This document shows, one piece after another, positions 49,180-63,150 of a DNA stretch of 64,000 nt. The stretch's first letter is position 1; each line of letters begins with the position of its first letter. The position numbers were made by a program, and so were the translations under genes. The DNA is from Callorhinchus milii (taxonomy: Eukaryota), in assembly GCF_018977255.1 (NCBI RefSeq), contig NW_024704743.1, positions 50,656,001-50,720,000 on the forward strand, given 5' to 3'. The notes below the pieces were generated by a model. The model was not told the origin of the DNA and made no database searches. It saw nothing but the letters and a program-made list of their open reading frames with translations.

Positions 49180-49425
49180 TAAACATTAAAGATCCCATGG
49201 CATTATTCGAAAAGAGAAGAGAATTTCTCCTGATGTCCTGACCAAAAATCCCCCAAATAAAACATTGGTCACTCATTCCATGGCACCAAGTTTGATGTGT
49301 GCAAAACTGGCTGCTGAGTTTTACCCACAAAATACAGTCAATCCACTTGACATTACATTCTGTGAAGCGTTTTGAGATGTCTCGATAATGTGATCAGGCA
49401 TTATATCAAATCCAAAGATAATTAT
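49180..49425 (+). mobile_element. Deu-SINE 3' part
   Basis: TTAAAGATCCCATGGCATTATTCGAA...GTGTGCAAAACTGGCTGC...tail. Confidence 0.75.
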
Positions 49426-49914
49426 TTAACCCAGTCATTCCCCAGATCATATAATAAAGAATCCTCCTCTGGTGTGATAAAAGACTTGAATGCCTGTCGT
49501 AGGAGTGAGAGACGGACAGTAAAGCCTTTGAACCATATCAATGATGCTCCTCCATGTCAGCACTGGCTTCTATTACTGACTTAAGGGTCAACATTTCACG
49601 TTTAACCCTCAGGTTACAGCATAAATGCTGATGCCTGAATGTGCTGTTTTCTTCCCTTTTCTCTCATATGTGCTTCAGCACAATTGTGGTGAATGATCTG
49701 TCACCTCATTTAAAGAACTCCATCCATCTTGACAGATCTTGACCCATGTCAATGCCTCCTTGGCCTACTGGTCAAGGCCCACTCAACCCACCCATGGGCC
49801 AATTACATCTCTTGCTTCTCTCTCTGTGAAAGTGTATAACTGACATAAGAGAATAGATGGGCTCTTGCAAAAGCTTGCAAAAACTTTTTGCTTTATGCCT
49901 ATCAAGCCAATTTA

Positions 49915-50280
49915 ATATAATAATAAATGGCGCTGATCACGTCTGAAGGACATGTCAAAGCTCTTCACAAGTTTTTTTAGTATAGTGACTGTACATTTTG
50001 TAGATGAACACGCAGCCAATTTACACATAGCAATGTCTCACAAATAGCCATGAAGTGAATTATCTGGAGGACTGTTGGTCAGCACACTGGGAGAACCTTC
50101 CTTTACTTTTCAAGCAATGTCTTGGGATCTTTAAGTTCCACCTGACAAAACAGACAGGACTTGGTTTAATGTGTCATCTGAAGGCCGACACCTTCATCAA
50201 TTCAGCACATCCACTGCACTGGAGTCTCGATCTGTACTGTGAGTTCAAAGTCCTTAAGTGGAGCTTGAACCCTACTGACT
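49915..50280 (-). mobile_element. Deu-SINE
   Basis: GCAGCCAATTTACACATAGC...GGGATCTTTAA...TGCACTGGAGT. Confidence 0.75.
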
Positions 50281-52399
50281 CTGGTTTTTATTTGAAAATC
50301 TACAAAAATACGAAAAACTAATTCTGAGAAAGTGGCAAACAAAGTAAGAAAAGTGAGACGTAAAGTGAATGATTCTTTATAGGACACAGGAGTAATGAGT
50401 TGAAACATTTTCAAGATGGATTTTGATGTTACAATTTGTTAGCGTCGGGTGGGGGGGGTGGTGGCTGAGGCAGGGTTATTCCAAGAAATGTATTGTGATA
50501 TTATTGTTGAATTGAGGAGTGGAAAGTGTTTGGAAATATTAGACATCTGACTCCATTGTTATGATCAGTGTTGGATTATAGCGGTAGTGGCTGCTGGAGA
50601 TATGATTGTAAAAAAAATGTTACTTGTAAAAAGTTTTAACTTAACGTTTTTTAAGATTATATTTTATGGCTTGGGGCGGGGGGGGATTGAAGGATAGGGA
50701 TATGTAATTCTGGAGGATCATTGTTACAGTGCTTGTCTGATCCCCGGTGCTGGAGTATGACTTCATTCCCTTATTAAAACCTTCATTCAGTGAATCCCTT
50801 GTATGCCATTCTATCATTTCCACTGTCAGCTTCAGTCAAGAGGATGGGCAGCAAGCAAAACCTTGGCCTCTGTGTAACTAGTCACTCGAGGTTGCTGAAA
50901 TGTGCCCCAGAGTTGAACCCCTGCCAATTTGCCCTCGTTCCCATTATCTGGCTAGCTCCCCGTGTTATTTTCCCTGGCAAGGATTGGCAACTTAATGTCT
51001 GGAAGGAAGGAACGTCTCCTGGGTGTGAACACTAGCTAAGATTGATTCAAAAGCTGAAGCGTATGTTGTCAATAAGATATTGCATGTCAGTATGACCTAT
51101 GAAACGGGAACACAGTCTCTGAGCATCAGCGTGCCCATTCAGTCTTTTTGAGGACATCAACGTGCACACATTGGCTGTCACATCTGCTTACAGATATACA
51201 GTGACGACACTTCATAGTAAATCCCGTGAAACGCTTTGAGAAGTGTCAATAATAAAGCTCTGTATCAAATATAAAGATAATTTAATAAGGCAAAAATCTG
51301 TTTGAATACATTCATCGAAATTGAAACTTTTATCAATCTGTATTTACGTAGCACGTCTTCCTAACACCACAACGCGTGCTAGATTAGTGTCTGTCAGGGT
51401 CACGCAGCAGAATACTGCAACAGAGGGTTGTCAAGTCAGATTCCAGTCAATTGTCAAAGAGAAGCATGTCATTAATGTGCTGCAGCGAGCAGCCAGTGAA
51501 CAAATCTACCCTATTTGCTCGGTCCCTTGTAATTCAGGACAAACAGGATCAGCGACTGTCACGTAAAGCAGGTAATAATGGCAAAGAGGTACAAGATTAT
51601 GCACCACTTAAGAACCAGCACTTCGATGCTTTGATGATTTATTACACTGGTAATAAGCTTATCGCTGCTCTTAATCATTCCTCTGTAATTGGAAACTTAT
51701 TTTACAAGCTTTGCCTATCTCTTTTCAGTATTGATTTCCATTTACCGCTGCTTGAGTACACTTCCCTTGCGTTAATCCTTACAGCCCAGTGAAATTTTAT
51801 CTTCACGCTACATATTTATACAACCTTTGTTTGTTGTCAAACTATCAATAACTTCAATGGCAATTTAGGACTTATGCTATCAAGCCAATTGGGCAAGGCT
51901 GAGAAATTGCTTATAATGTTACCTTGCACCCTAGGACAGCTTCACTGCCCCATTGGTTGCTAGCCTGGACTCACTCGGAATGCTTTAAACGTGCATGTGT
52001 GCAGAGGAGAATGGACACCTGGCAATAATTACTAAGCAGTAATCTGATCGAGGACTTCAAATCATGTCATAAACTGAGAAAGGGAAGCTGAAGCGATTTA
52101 CAGCCCGTCACCTGAATCTCAGAATTAGATTATAGCCTTGAAGTCACCCCGGCTTGCCTGAGAGTTTTTATGTACTCTTTGGATGGTGAATTCCTTTGTA
52201 ATTCATCATGTGTAATAACAAGGGGTTCTTCTCCTCATTGTGTTCCATATACTGCTTTCATTGATGTGGGCTCAGCACTCTTCACATAGCATAGCACGTT
52301 TACAACCCCGAAGGAAGCTATTCAGCCCATCGTGTCTGTGCTGGTTCTAGTTCCCGCAAGAAAGCTATCTTCTATAATCCCATTATCCTGTTCTTTTCC

Positions 52400-53160
52400 A
52401 GGACTTTGAACTCAGTCTAGGCAACTAGGCAACCTTGGGCAAGTTTCCTTACTCCACACAGAGCCTAATAATAAACCCTCCAAAAACCAAAAACAATAAT
52501 AAATTGGTCATTTTCAATCTACGACTGTTTGTGGGACATTGCTGTGCGCAATTGGCTGCCGCATTCGCCCACAAATATACAGTCAATTCACTTTTCAGTG
52601 TGTTCTGTGAAGCGCTTTGGGACATCCTCCCGACGTGAAAAGCGCTATATCAAATGCAAGGATTATTATTATTATTAGGCTGACACTCCAATACAATGCT
52701 GTGAGTGCGCTCCTCAAAGGAGAAGCCTTCCTTTAGATGAGGTGTTAAACCAAGAACCTATTTGTATGTTCAGATAGCCGTTAAAGATATTATGGTAGTA
52801 TTCAAAATGAGAAAGGAGTTTCTCCTTGTGTCCTGGACAGCAATCCCCCAGATAAAATTGGTAATTAATTTCATGGCTGTTTGTGGGACATTGCTGTGTG
52901 GAAACTGATTGCTAAATGTGGAGTCCCGTAGCTCAGTGGTTTGAGCATTCACCTCTCAAGCAAGAGACCTGGGTTCAATTCTCAGCAGGGTGAAATGTTG
53001 GAAAAGTTTTCTCACTCCACACTCCTCTGCTTACTGACTAGTAAGTAGGATTCCGGTTGTTAGTCGATTGCTTTTCTGGGGGTAATAATTCCTTTCAAAA
53101 AAACCTAACAGTAATTGGTCACTCAATCCACGACAGTTTGTGGGACGTTGCTGTGCACAT
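52400..53160 (+). mobile_element. Nested SINEs: Deu-SINE host with family A short form (52432-52677) and family A long form (52918-53160)
   Basis: Host resumes at AGGCTGACACTCC after (ATT)n; second insert begins GTGGAGTCCCGTAGCTCAGTGG. Confidence 0.85.
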
Positions 53161-56100
53161 GCTCCCTGAAGTCCATGGCATTACCCAATGTTATATGAGG
53201 TGCTGTGTCATGAGTAGATCCTTTTTGAGGCCTCGCATCATCATCCGTTACATGATATGCAAAGCTGTCCGCTGTGAAAATTCGAGCAATGGCCAAACAC
53301 CACTCATAGCTTTTGTCTTTTTACACTAAGGCATTAAAGAAAAACACACAGTATAAAACATAGTGGGGGGATGTCAAAGGATTACAGGCAGTAATCTAAT
53401 CACAGGATTCAGATGACTAACAAACCACTTGAGTTTTGCTCCTGCAGTTTATGATGTTCACTGCATCCCTCGATTGGATTACTGCCACCTTACACTGTCA
53501 GATCTTCTGTACAACACATTTTACTTCATTTGTTTCCCGTTGTTTTGCTTTTGTTGTTTTCCTCCCAGTTTCTTTGCGTGACTGGGAAAAATCATTGAGG
53601 ACACCATGGGCCGAATGGCCTCTTGATGCACACTTTCCAGGATTATATAATAGCAGGAAATGTCTGTGCATGATCTGAAAGCATTGCACACCAGCTGCCA
53701 ATTTCCTTCTCAGTCCTCTTATCTCAACCAGCACTGATGCCATGTGGGTACTTAACCCTCTCAATTGCCCTCCATTCCAGTGTAAAGTGAATGTTTCCTT
53801 TCACAAAGGTTCTTTTTAACATTGCAATAGAGGTGCTGCTCTTCTTAAAACCTATACTGCTGCTTGTAAACATTACTTGTTAACTCCTGCATCCCTACAG
53901 TATAATGTTACTGCATACATATTCAGTTTACTGCATTGTAAGTGTTGCCTTTCTCATCCACACAGTACTGTGGTGCTATGCTTCAGCCCATCCTTGTGGA
54001 GAACTATAAATGTGAGTATTGTACCTCTTTAAATGCGCATTCAGACATCATTCCCCTCCCACCACCACAAATTCCACCCCCAGCTTGGGTGCCCATCCAG
54101 CATTGTTATGGGCATTGAGATGCCCACCTGATGCGTAAGGTGCTATAAAAGTTGAATTTGTATTGTATTGCTCTGCTCAACCCCACTCTGTAAAATATAG
54201 CAATACAAATTTATATTTATATAGCACCTTTCACATTAGGAGCATGTACCAAGCCTCTTAAAAATACTGGTTTGGCACCCTAAGTTGGAGATGGGAGCCT
54301 GAGGGCTGGGGGCGGGGTCAGTGAGGGAGAGATGACCAAAAGTGTGATCAAAGACAGAATTCCCTGCAAAAGCAGCTTGATGGAACAGAGCTTATTTCAA
54401 AGTTTAGTGAAATAACAGGCATTCCCAGACTGGCTCACTGGTGGTAAAGTTAGATGTTCCAGTTTCATAGATGAACAGGATTGACCCTCTGCAGAGGTCC
54501 TTGCCACAGATCTTATAAAGAGTTCAGTTAATGTTTACGATACTGAAGATTACACAAATCACCACAACTGTGTGAGTTGTGAAATACTAACTAATGAAAA
54601 CTGGACCCACACTGCTGTGTGGTATAGTGGAACAAGGAATGAGTTTCCATAATTAGCACTGGCATGTGACTGGAGGCACCTGCTGTGCCCTGACTGAAGT
54701 CTACTGCATCAGTCACCGAGCCTTACAATACCTCAACAGGAAAAACAAGATCCGGCAACATTTTCAATCAAAATAGAAGCGTCTGCTAACCGGTTTGGCC
54801 TGTTTAATGAATGGAATAATTCCCAGACCGATAAAACATCAAGAAAGAAGTAATTAGAGTGTCTGCGTCTGGGAGCCTTCGTGAATTACCAACGGGAAAG
54901 GAAAATGGGCCATTACTAAAGAACAATGTGAAAAAAATAAGAATCTGATGTTTTCAAGTTAAAGGGGTGTAAAATTCAGCAACTTAGAATGGGATCCTTC
55001 AATAATTTTCTTAAGACACTGTATCTGGAGTTATATTATGCCTTGACTAGTGAACTCTACTTTGGAACTAGATTGCATTGGAATTGAGCTATGCTGGGCA
55101 GACACGTTTCTGGCTACTGGATGGAGGTCCCCATCTGAGATCCCTGAGTCTTTGATTCGGTGAAATGTTATTAAGGAATCCTATTAGGAAGCACTGTGTT
55201 TTAGACCCTGTAACCGGAACCGTGGAGCATAAGTGTGGGCTGGAACAGTGAGATGGCAACAGAACTTTCGTTTGATGGTGTGTGAATACTGTTATCTTGT
55301 TGAATCATCTTAAAGTTCTTCACAGCAAGTACTGTGAAATGTGGTGATTGTTTTGTAGGCAAACACAACTGCCATTTAATATAGCAAGAATTCACAAAAA
55401 CAGCCATGAAGTGAATGACTGTGTACATTTACTGTAAGCTCCTCTGAGCCCAATACATCAGGGGCTATGTTACAAGTGAGGAGTGAAACATGCCACCTTC
55501 CCCGTTATCAAGTTGTCAGTAACATCATGTCTTGCAAAAGGGCAAAGCATTGGAAATAAAAGATCTGCTTTTCAGTGCTTTGAGATGTCCTCCCAATGCG
55601 AAAACTTTACATCAAATGTAACAATTATTATAACTAAAGCGACCTGGCGAATGATAGCTGATGTGGTTACCAGTGCTCAGGAAGCAGAGCTATATCGATC
55701 ATTTTAAACCGGCATCTGTAAAGTCAAAGGAGTGGCAGATCAATCAGGTCGAACCTCGAGCAACATTCTGGCTGGTTGCCACAAAGCACAACCGGATAAG
55801 TGTAGGATTCTATATTGAGGATCCCTTTTACAAATCTCCGCATATTAGACGCCACAGTGAAACTTCTTGTTTTGTTTTGCTCATCCCTAGTGTCTGCGTC
55901 TCGACCTGCCTCTTTTGTGTGCGTTAATGTCATCCAGAGCCATTCTGTCATCTCATGAGATGCCTATGAGTTATTCTGAGTGTTTAATCGTTAACTGGCA
56001 GTAATGAGTTCTTCCTCTGTTGCCAGGATAGTCTAGAATCAATCATGTCTTTCAAATTATGGCTTGTGTTTCCAACCTAATATGCCCGATACAGAGAGGG

Positions 56101-57456
56101 TCCTGTATTTTGCTGCAGGACCAATGCTGGTTAATATGTTTTCAAAGTGCTGCTGTGCATTATAAGCAGCATAAAGCTTTTTTTGTTCTTGTTTGGTCTG
56201 CAGGTGGGAAACCTATCTAATTGCTGAGTGTTTCTGCATTTTTCAATCCATTAACCCTTATAGGCCTTGCAGTTCTAAAGATCTGCTGGAGGTTTACAAG
56301 CAGTGAGGATGTTCTTATGCCAAAAAAGTTAACTTGTTGGAATGAAAATGTTCAACAAAATACTCCTATGTGGCTCATAAAAGGAATAAGGTTATTCTGA
56401 TTTCAGCTTGAGTTTGGCCCTTCAAAAATAGGCTGCCTGGGGAAGGAAGAAAATAAAAGGGTTGGAGGAAGGCAGGTAGTGAGAAGTGCAGTATTTTCAA
56501 GCATTGATGGCATCTTAATAATGTTCACTGACTAGACTGCTCCATTCTCCTTTTTAAGGAAGATCATGTGAATGAGAAATGGGGAACCAATTACAGAAAA
56601 GTAAGATAAGAACTGAAGCTGCGAATACAATGACACATGTCTACGGCGACCACGACTGAGACGGATTTCAGGTGGTCTTCACAGACAGATGGTCTCACAG
56701 TATAATGAGTCATTCATTTATCCCCAGGAATGACCTCAGGTGGTGACTATAAACAGGTGTGGTCTTTAAGAAAGGTTTCATTGTGAATGATTCCTGGAAC
56801 GACAGGGCCCAGTGCTGGGATATAAAGCATATTTGCAACAAAAAAGGATTTATTGAAAAAATAAAGCCAAACATTGTTTCACCTCCACTCAGCCTTCTCT
56901 GAAAGCCTGAAATATTTAAAGCTGTAGTGCCACAATATTGTTGCGAAAAGCACATGAATTGCATCTCTTCAATATATAGGAACTGAACAAGTCTGGGTGT
57001 TCAAAAACATCTCTTCTCAATTTTATATGGCACACATTAGAGGTCTGATACAATGTATTGAATAAATACACCCTTTCGAGATACTTCAATGTACTGAAGT
57101 GCTGAGATGCTGCAGCAAATGTGAAAGTGCAAACAATGCAAGAGTCAACAACAACAATAACATTACATTTGTATACCACAGAGGAGAGTTACACTTGAGG
57201 CGGGTTTGTAGCAGATGTAGTCCGTTTATTTCTGGATGTTAATACAAAAAAACTTTCACAAATAAAAATTGTGATATGTTATTTAACATATTTTGACAAC
57301 GGTGGCCAGTGGATGTGTTAATTTATTAACTAGTCGTCACTTTGAACCATTCACAATTATTGACTAAGATCCACCGTACTGAGCACAGATTGGATTGTGT
57401 ATCAGTGCTATACTGGTTTAACTTGGATGAGATGTTAAACCAAGCTCCCTGTAGGC

Positions 57457-57803
57457 CTGTTCCCTACCAACCTGCCCGCTCCCTCCGTTCAGTGGGCTCT
57501 GACCTGCTCCATGTCTCCCGCCTGACCCGCCCTACCATCAGTGGCCGGGCTTTCAGCCTCTCTGCCCCCACACTCTGGAACTCCATCCCACGGTCCCTTC
57601 GCCTCTCTTCCCCCCTGTGCCTCCTTCAAGGCCGGTCTCAAGACCCTTCTCTTCGACTGTGCCTTTGGTCGCCCTCCCACCTCTCTGCCTTCCCTCACCC
57701 CTACACCACCCCTCCCCCATGCTCGGGCCCCGACACCTGACTGCTCAGTGCTTTGGGACGTCCTCCTGACGTGAAAGGCGCTCTATAAATGTAATTTTGT
57801 TGT
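57457..57803 (+). mobile_element. L2 3' fragment inserted in a Deu-SINE (57375-57850)
   Basis: PYQPARSLRS...LLHVSRLTRPTISGRAFSLSAPTLWNSIP; L2 tail; host SINE resumes at TTCAGGTGGACGTTAAAGATCCCATGGC. Confidence 0.88.
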
Positions 57804-58299
57804 TCAGGTGGACGTTAAAGATCCCATGGCACTATTCAAAAAGATGAAGAAAGCCATTCAACCCAATCCATTCAGTCCCACTTACTTGCCCTTTTCCCAT
57901 ACCCCTATAGCTGACTCTGTTTAAGATATGATATATCAAACGTAAGGATTATAAAGGATGGCACCTCCGACAATGCAGCACATCCCAACACTGCATTGGA
58001 GTGTCAGCATAAAATATATGGGTTCTTATTCACAGGTGAGAAGAGCTACCAACTAAGCCAGACTGACACTATGCCAAGAAATAAGTTAGAGCCAATCATT
58101 ATTGCTCCTGTAAAGATGGTCACAAATTGGTACATCAAAACTGGTACCTCGTTCTGTGTGAGACAGTAACTGGACCTCAAATCATCCACTGATTCACTTT
58201 CATGATTCAAAACAGCACAGTAACAATACGACAATACAAAGATTAAGAGAAACTAAAATCACATTGCACCTAAATAACAACATTCACTAAACTTTAATA

Positions 58300-58541
58300 T
58301 AACAACAACAAGATTACATTTGTATAGTGCCTTTCACATCGGGAGGATGGTGGGGCGGGTGGGTCGGGGGACTTGGAGCAGGCCGGAGCCGGCTGAGCGG
58401 AGGGAGCGGGCGGGTTGGTAGGGGGTTAGGAGGTCGAAGAGGTAGGGTGGGGCGAGGACATGGAGGGCTTTGTAGGTGAGGACCAGGATCTTGAACTAGA
58501 TCCTCTGAAGGATAGGGAACCAATGAAGTCGGCCAAGAATG
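58300..58541 (-). mobile_element. L2 3' fragment with internal deletion
   Basis: Very similar to 22200-22385, joined directly to the L2 tail. Confidence 0.85.
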
Positions 58542-60924
58542 TAACTCTTTGACAGAATATAACTCTTTGTTAAGTGAAACATTTTGACATATAAGACATA
58601 TTAAGTTTATATATTACTATTTTTTGTTACCACAGTTCCTGATAAATAAGAAATATTTTTCCATTAAAGGGCTAAAGTTTGTAATATTAAAAAATCCTTG
58701 CATTAGATATACGGCTTTTAATGTTGGGAGGATGTCTCAAAGCGCTTCATAGGATTTTCTGTAAACTCCCTCCACCCTCCCCCCAACGATCACATGTCCA
58801 AAAGCACGACAGAATCCTGTGTATCCTGCTACCCAATGAATGACGATAGATTAATAATGGGATGGCAATTGCAAGGTATGATGTGCCAAGTACCATACTG
58901 TCCAAAGCTGTGGTCATAATGATTAGGGAAAATGAAAATGAGATCAAACCTTTAATCGACAAAGTAGTCTTTAGGTAAAATATTTAGTTCATGTTCATTT
59001 AATATCACATACTCTGAACAAATAATGAACAGTCATATACTCTTTGAATATATTGTCTTTAACACTTAGGGTCGTTTAATATGAGCAAAGTAGTTGAAGT
59101 GCTGAAAACTTAACAATCTGTTTTCAAAATCCGTACATGGCACAAGCATCTTGTGTTCAGTTTTTACCCACTTTCAAAAGAGAGACTTGTCTCCTGTGTG
59201 TTATTTCGAGACAAGCTCAGAAAGCTTCAGACTGCTTGCTTTCAATGACGGTATGGAAAGAAGCTTAAAAGTTGGCTTTCACCTGGGTTTTCATGTTGGC
59301 AGTGAGCGAGAGGAATAAACAGCACTTCTATTAAGTCGAGCAAGCTTCAGTCAGAAGAACTGAGTGTACCACAGCTCAGACGTATGCTAATATGCCCTAA
59401 CATAATTTGGGATTCGTATCCATAAGAACCAATGCGGTGTGTAGTGTGATAATTAGCTCAAGTGATGACTATCATATTACACCTCCCATATACTTTATCA
59501 CCTCCAAATTCTTCACTATTGAGCATCAGAAAGCTGTGGAAATTAAGCCATTTGTAATGCTATGGACTGAGGAATCATTTAAGCCCTGTACAATTGGGTA
59601 AACGTTTGATCTTATTTCAATATGATTTGCCAATTCTTAGCATTGAGAGCCAACTTGTTTATAACTTTACGCACATGCAGCAAATCATTTCATCCAGTTA
59701 TTCTTCTCATTGACCTAGATTGTGTGCTGGATTATACCACTGTTCTGAAAGAGACATAGATCTGTAAATGCATGGGGCTTGGTGGGTGGCTGAGAGGATT
59801 GTATTTTCTTTCCATTAAACTGCAGAGCTTGATAGAGGGTTTCCTTTTATAAACTTATAGTGCCAAAATCTAAAGTTATAGACTAGCTAAGAATCGCCAC
59901 TTAATACTTGCTGGCAATAATAATTCTATCTTTTGAGTCTGCCTCAAAACCTATCTCTTCGACTGCACACACGGTCACTTCTCCCTTCCCCTGCGAGGTG
60001 TCCGACCCCATCACTATTAAGCGTCTGAGACATCATTTTGCACAAAGGGTGCTGTAAAGTTACTGTTGCTGTAGTTATTAAGGTCTGAACTTTTTTATAA
60101 TTAGATGTCCTATAGGAACTTCCTTTATATAGGAACTTCCTTCCACATTTTGCCTACAAAATATACAGTCAATTCACTTTACAGTATATTCTGTGAAATG
60201 CTTTGAGATGTCTCGAAGACGTGATAAGGCGCTATATCAAATGCAAGGATTATTATTGTACCTGTGATACAGCACGGAGAACAAGGGAAGAATTACATTT
60301 TGTTAGATGTCTTCTAACAGCAAAAATAAAAGGGTGGAATTTGCAATGTTTCATAACACGTTCCTTGTCGTAATTTTGAAAAGTGATGAATTTCACTCAG
60401 AATTTTTATTTACTATAGAAGAACAACAACTTGCACTTGCATTTATATAGCACACTTCACATAGGATGACATCTCGGAGTGCTTTGAGCACTGTAATTTG
60501 TGCTTTTGATTCATTCAACAGTGTGGCTTGATTGTAAAAATAGATATTTAGTGGATCACTGCAAGAATATTTTCAAGCGTGAGCCCAGACAGTGACTATT
60601 GGCAGGCTATCCAAGCATGACAGACATCAAATCACAGCTGAGTGATCCAAGTCATATTCAATATCCATTCACTCACACTTTACCATTGGTGAGCGATCAG
60701 GAGGGAAGCCTGTTTGATGTTCTTCTCCTGAGCCCCAGGTGAATTCTTGGTCTCCAACCAAAAAGCATGTACAGGTCAACAAGGAATTACCAGATGAAGA
60801 ATTAATCATTTAAATATTCTCCCAACACAGGTTTCTGGCACGGAAAGAAAGAAAGGACTTTTGTATAATGCCTTACCACACTGAGAGGTTCCAAAATGCT
60901 TAGCAGTAAATTTACTGTCAAGTG

Positions 60925-61160
60925 GATAAGACATTAAACCAAGGTCCCGACTGCCTGTTCAAATGAACATTAAAGATCCCATGACTCTATTAGGAAAAAG
61001 AATGATGTTTCTCCCAGTGTCCTGGCCAACAATTCTCTAGTTAAATTGATTATGGCTGTTTGTGGGACCTTGCTACGTGCAAATTGTTTGCTCCTCTTGC
61101 CTGTAACTACACAGTAAATACACATGACAAAAAAACTGTTTAGAGCTTTGAGACATTTTG
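60925..61160 (+). mobile_element. Deu-SINE body
   Basis: AGACATTAAACCAAGGTCCC...TTAAAGATCCCATGA...TGTGGGACCTTGCT. Confidence 0.75.
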
Positions 61161-62644
61161 GCAAAATAAATGTTGTCCAATATAAGGACTATGGTTCTAA
61201 TCTGTTTCTAGTGCACAGCAGAAATTAATTGTCTTAGGGTAAAGACTGCATACAAATTACCCAAGTATGCAGATCACATAAGGTACTAAAGTTACATTGT
61301 GCATTATTATAACAAGGTACGACAATCATAAGTTACCATTATGACACCAGATACTGTTTGAAGTACAGTATTACTTCAACACTTTTGACACCTAAGTCTT
61401 ACCCTTTATAATGCACATAACAGTATCTAGTGTCAGCAAGAAATTACTGAAGAGGTTTAACATAGTGTGAATTTACTCATGTATTCTTAGTCTGGAGCAT
61501 GTTGGGATTTGTTTTGGCAATGCAACAATCCAAACACAATTAGGACTTTGTGAAGCTGTATGGAGGGGGTTCAGTCAGTGATTTTGTTCAATTAGCTGCC
61601 CAAGAAATTGAGAATACAAACATTGAACCTGTGTCTTTCACCCACTGCTACCATCAAATTACATTTTGTTCCTAACACAATTAAGACTCTGAACAATATT
61701 AATATTAATGGTGAAGCAAGGCTGTGGCATGTGTGTGGCATTCAGCATGCACAGAAAGACATTTTAGGTTAACACTGCAGAAAAGTTGTGCTTTTTACAC
61801 ACTGTCCTCACTATAGCTGATGTATTTCTTCTTACATAGGAATATAAGAATGCACAGGACCGGAAAAGACCAATGCAGTCCATTTGGCTGGTCCCAAAGT
61901 AAAATAATAATAATAAAATAATAATAAAATCCTACTCTGTGGATCACACCCCTCAATCAATTTCTTCACCAAATGGGTAATTCCCTCTTGAATACACAAT
62001 CTACCTCCTGGCCAGTCTGTTCTAGGGATTCTTATTCCCTTTGAAGGACAGCACATCATTGAGATATGCCAAACTCAGTTTATTTATGTTGGGTTTTAAG
62101 TGGTCCCATGTCGCTTTCAGTTGAGTTGGACTAAAAACAATCATCCGAATTTGGAGTTCTGTGTGTCTGCAGGTTTGTTCTGTTTTTGAATGCCAGTCAC
62201 CCTTTTGACTCGGTAAGATTGCTTCACTTAGTGTTCTCGGGATATACAGTGGAGGCACTCAGAGCTGAGAAAGCGGAGCAGGGCATCAAGCTCTGTGCCA
62301 TTTACTCATGCTGCATTTACACTTTCCTCCAGGAGTGCGGCTCCAATGCTATACAGTCTCCAGAGCACATTCATATTGTACTTTTGGCAGGGAATTGCTG
62401 CCAAGAATTCTGCCATCTTCCAGCATGATGTTCCCAATGGCTTGGCAACCTGTTTCCAGCATTTGGCCTTCTATCACAGTTATTATTGTTATTTGCCACT
62501 TCCCAGACATCGTGTGTGGCTTGTTTTGTTGTGGGGCTTGCTTCAGGGTTTTCATTGGAGAACCCTGTATGAGCAGGCAACAGGCAAAGCATTGGAAATC
62601 TGCCTGAGTGCCCAAAGAAGAGCAAGGCTTGCAAAAAGCATGCT

Positions 62645-63150
62645 CCTTCTGTGTGTCTCAAGTCATTTCCCACCTCTGCCACTCCCTCTTCCTTGGGCTG
62701 CCAATATCCTCATTCATGCTTTCATCAGGTCCAGGCTTGACAATTCCAATACCCTGCTCACTGAGCGCTCCAGCTCCCCTCTACACAAACTGCAGACTAT
62801 CCAGAACTCTGCAGCCCATGTCCTCTCCCTCACGGGGAAGTCCATGACCCCTCACTCCCCCCCACCCCCTGCCCCACTCCCCCATCCTTGCTCAGCTCCA
62901 ATGCATGCCTATCCCCTAGTGGATTGAATTCAAGATCCTCCTCTTCCTATTCAAATCCCTCCAAAGCCTCGACCCATCCTACCACTACCACCTCCTTCAA
63001 CCCTACCAACTTGTCTTTTCCCTTCAATCAGTGAACACTGGCCTGCTTCATGTCCCCTGCCTTGTCCTTCCCACTGTTGATCAGCCATTCTGTCTCAGCT
63101 CTTTGGGATTCCATCCCTCTGTCCTTCTGACTCACCCCTTCATCCCCACT
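62645..63150 (+). mobile_element. Decayed L2 3' fragment
   Basis: ANILIHAFIRSRLDNSNTLL...KLQTIQNSAA; IEFKILL. Confidence 0.8.

Noticed and set aside
56177..56210. Strong plus-strand acceptor (T-rich tract + CTGCAG|GTGGGA), possibly an exon or recursive splice site
   Set aside because: No matching donor, open frame or host transcript found; isolated acceptors are common by chance
60111..60141. Two copies of TATAGGAACTTC, resembling an FRT half-site
   Set aside because: Direct rather than inverted orientation and no 8 bp spacer; a small local duplication
62295..62927. 210 aa ORF
   Set aside because: Non-ATG start; the 3' half is a decayed L2 RT tail and the 5' half has no recognisable domain or splice support
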